This document shows, piece by piece, positions 62,606 through 64,000 of a DNA stretch of 64,000 bases; the stretch's first letter is position 1; each line of letters opens with the position of its first letter. The translations under genes and the position numbers were made by a program. Origin of the DNA: Camelus ferus. Taxonomy: Eukaryota. The stretch spans positions 104,286,001 through 104,350,000 of the forward strand of contig NC_045697.1 of NCBI RefSeq assembly GCF_009834535.1, in the 5' to 3' direction. The notes below the pieces were generated by a model. That model did not search any database. It saw nothing but the letters and a program-made list of their open reading frames with translations, and was not told the DNA's origin.

Positions 62606-62714
62606 TAGAGTAACCAACTCTCTCAGTTTCCCAAGACTGAGGGGTTTCTGGGATGGGACTTTCAGGGCTCAAACTGGAAAAGGTCCAGACATACTAAATG
62701 AATTGGCCACCCTA
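62606..62714 (+). mobile_element. hAT-Blackjack MITE, MER81-like
   Basis: Terminal inverted repeats TAGAGTAACCAACTC ... GAATTGGCCACCCTA with internal GACTGAGGGGTTTC..GGGACTTTCAG. Confidence 0.7.
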
Positions 62715-62839
62715 GAATTTGAAATTGTTTGGAGCTATGCTGAATCAAAGATTCGAGATGTGAAAGAATTGTACCAAGAAGGAAAGGAAATTAGATTTTC
62801 TTTCGTGTATTTTGAGAAAAATATGTAAATATCAGAATT

Positions 62840-63040
62840 CATGTATAAAGCACCTCCTCTGTGTCAGGTGTTGCCCATATATAATCTTTCTCAGTCCTCA
62901 CAACTGAAGCAGTTATTGCAGGTTTCATTTTCCAGATGAGGAAACAGAAGCACAGAAAAGTAGGTAACTAGGTAAGACCACAAGACTAGCAAGTTGTAAA
63001 GCCAAGATACAAACCCAGGCAACTTGGCTTTATCCATTTA
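62840..63040 (-). mobile_element. MIR SINE
   Basis: CAGTCCTCACAAC..CATTTTCCAGATGAGGAAACAGAAGCACAGA..GCCAAGATACAAACCCAGGCA. Confidence 0.7.
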
Positions 63041-63189
63041 ATCGCCTCAATTCTCTACTGTATTGCATATAGACTGCAAGAATGTTAAAGTTACAGGAAA
63101 CCATAGCAACTATTTTAGTTAGCCTAAACTCCTCATTTTATTAATGGTAAACCATAGGCCCAGATATTATGAAAGACTTGGGAAGACAG

Positions 63190-63445
63190 TGTGTAAATCA
63201 GAAAGAACATAGGGTTAGAGACAAACAACCTGGGTTTAATCCCTACCTCTGCCACCTGTTAACTGTGTCACTTGTGCAGATTACTCAATCTCTCTATAGC
63301 TCAATTCCCTCGTCTGTGAAATGGGGATAATAATCTCTAGTTATCAGGGAGATTTCAGGATTAAATAAGACAATGGATGTAAAGTATTTAGACGAGTTCC
63401 TTGCCTACAGTAAGGGATCTATAGATGGGATTACTGTTAGATTTA
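63190..63445 (+). mobile_element. MIR SINE
   Basis: CCTGGGTTTAATCCCTACCTCTGCCAC..AACTGTGTCACTTG..CTCAATTCCCTCGTCTGTGAAATGGGGATAATAAT..GGATTAAATAAGACAATGGATGTAAAG. Confidence 0.8.
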
Positions 63446-63564
63446 TTGTTAGTAGTAAGACTACAACTGCCTAGTAGTTACTACTAATATCTACTATTAC
63501 TACTACCACTACCAAGTAGTTACTACTACTGCTGCTGCTACTAGTATGACTCCTGCTTCTGTCA

Positions 63565-63621
<57 letters not shown>
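63565..63621. repeat. (CAT)19 microsatellite, preceded by a degenerate (TAC/TGC) tract
   Basis: Seen directly; the degenerate tract lies at about 63470-63545. Confidence 0.98.
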
Positions 63622-64000
63622 GCCAGACCACACAGCCATCAATTACAGAAGCAGGCTTAAGATCCGGTTGCCTACCTTATCATGATGACATAGGCTCTTC
63701 CTTATTATAGAAGCAACATTAAAACCCTACCTGAGAAAGTATTTAATAAAGATTCGTGGCATCCAAAAGATTGCTTGCAATGTGGCCACAAAGTTGCAGA
63801 TAAGAAGGTACAAATATTTAAATGGCATAGAGCACAAAGAAGCAAACCCAATGCCATGGAATCTTGGGCACTAATGATGTTTCTTTAGAATATTTTCCAA
63901 GGAAAATAGAGATCAAGTATATATATATATTGGGTTTTAGTTTATTTTTTTTATTTCTTTTGGCTTCTGTATGTGTATTCTAAATGCATCGAAGATAGTC

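Noticed and set aside
63731..63870. Possible minus-strand exon ending at a CAG/GTAGG donor
   Set aside because: Open frames give no recognisable protein and the acceptor is weak.

Overview
This is AT-rich mammalian non-coding DNA (intergenic or deep intronic). It is very likely from a camelid, because it holds three copies of a tRNA-derived SINE matching the camelid-specific Vic-1 type, plus artiodactyl-type L1 3' ends. I could not support any protein-coding exon, RNA gene or CRISPR array. The ORF track consists of chance ORFs or decayed L1 ORF2 pieces. A large share of the window is recognisable transposon debris: L1, L2, MIR, ERV1 and MaLR solo LTRs, hAT and Tc2/Tigger DNA elements, and microsatellites. 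Family names come from my recall of consensus sequences, not from a database search. I found no new biological system with confidence. The most unusual structure is a TSD-flanked, polyadenylated 0.9 kb insert built from an L1 ORF1 end plus scrambled antisense ORF2 pieces, resembling a half-L1 (HAL1) (56.2-57.1 kb). Other notable structures are two different L1s at one target site giving three TSD copies (10.2-11.3 kb), a twin-priming L1 inversion (24.6-25.6 kb) and a perfect 74-bp duplication at the end of an old L1. A few candidate regulatory patches are also reported.
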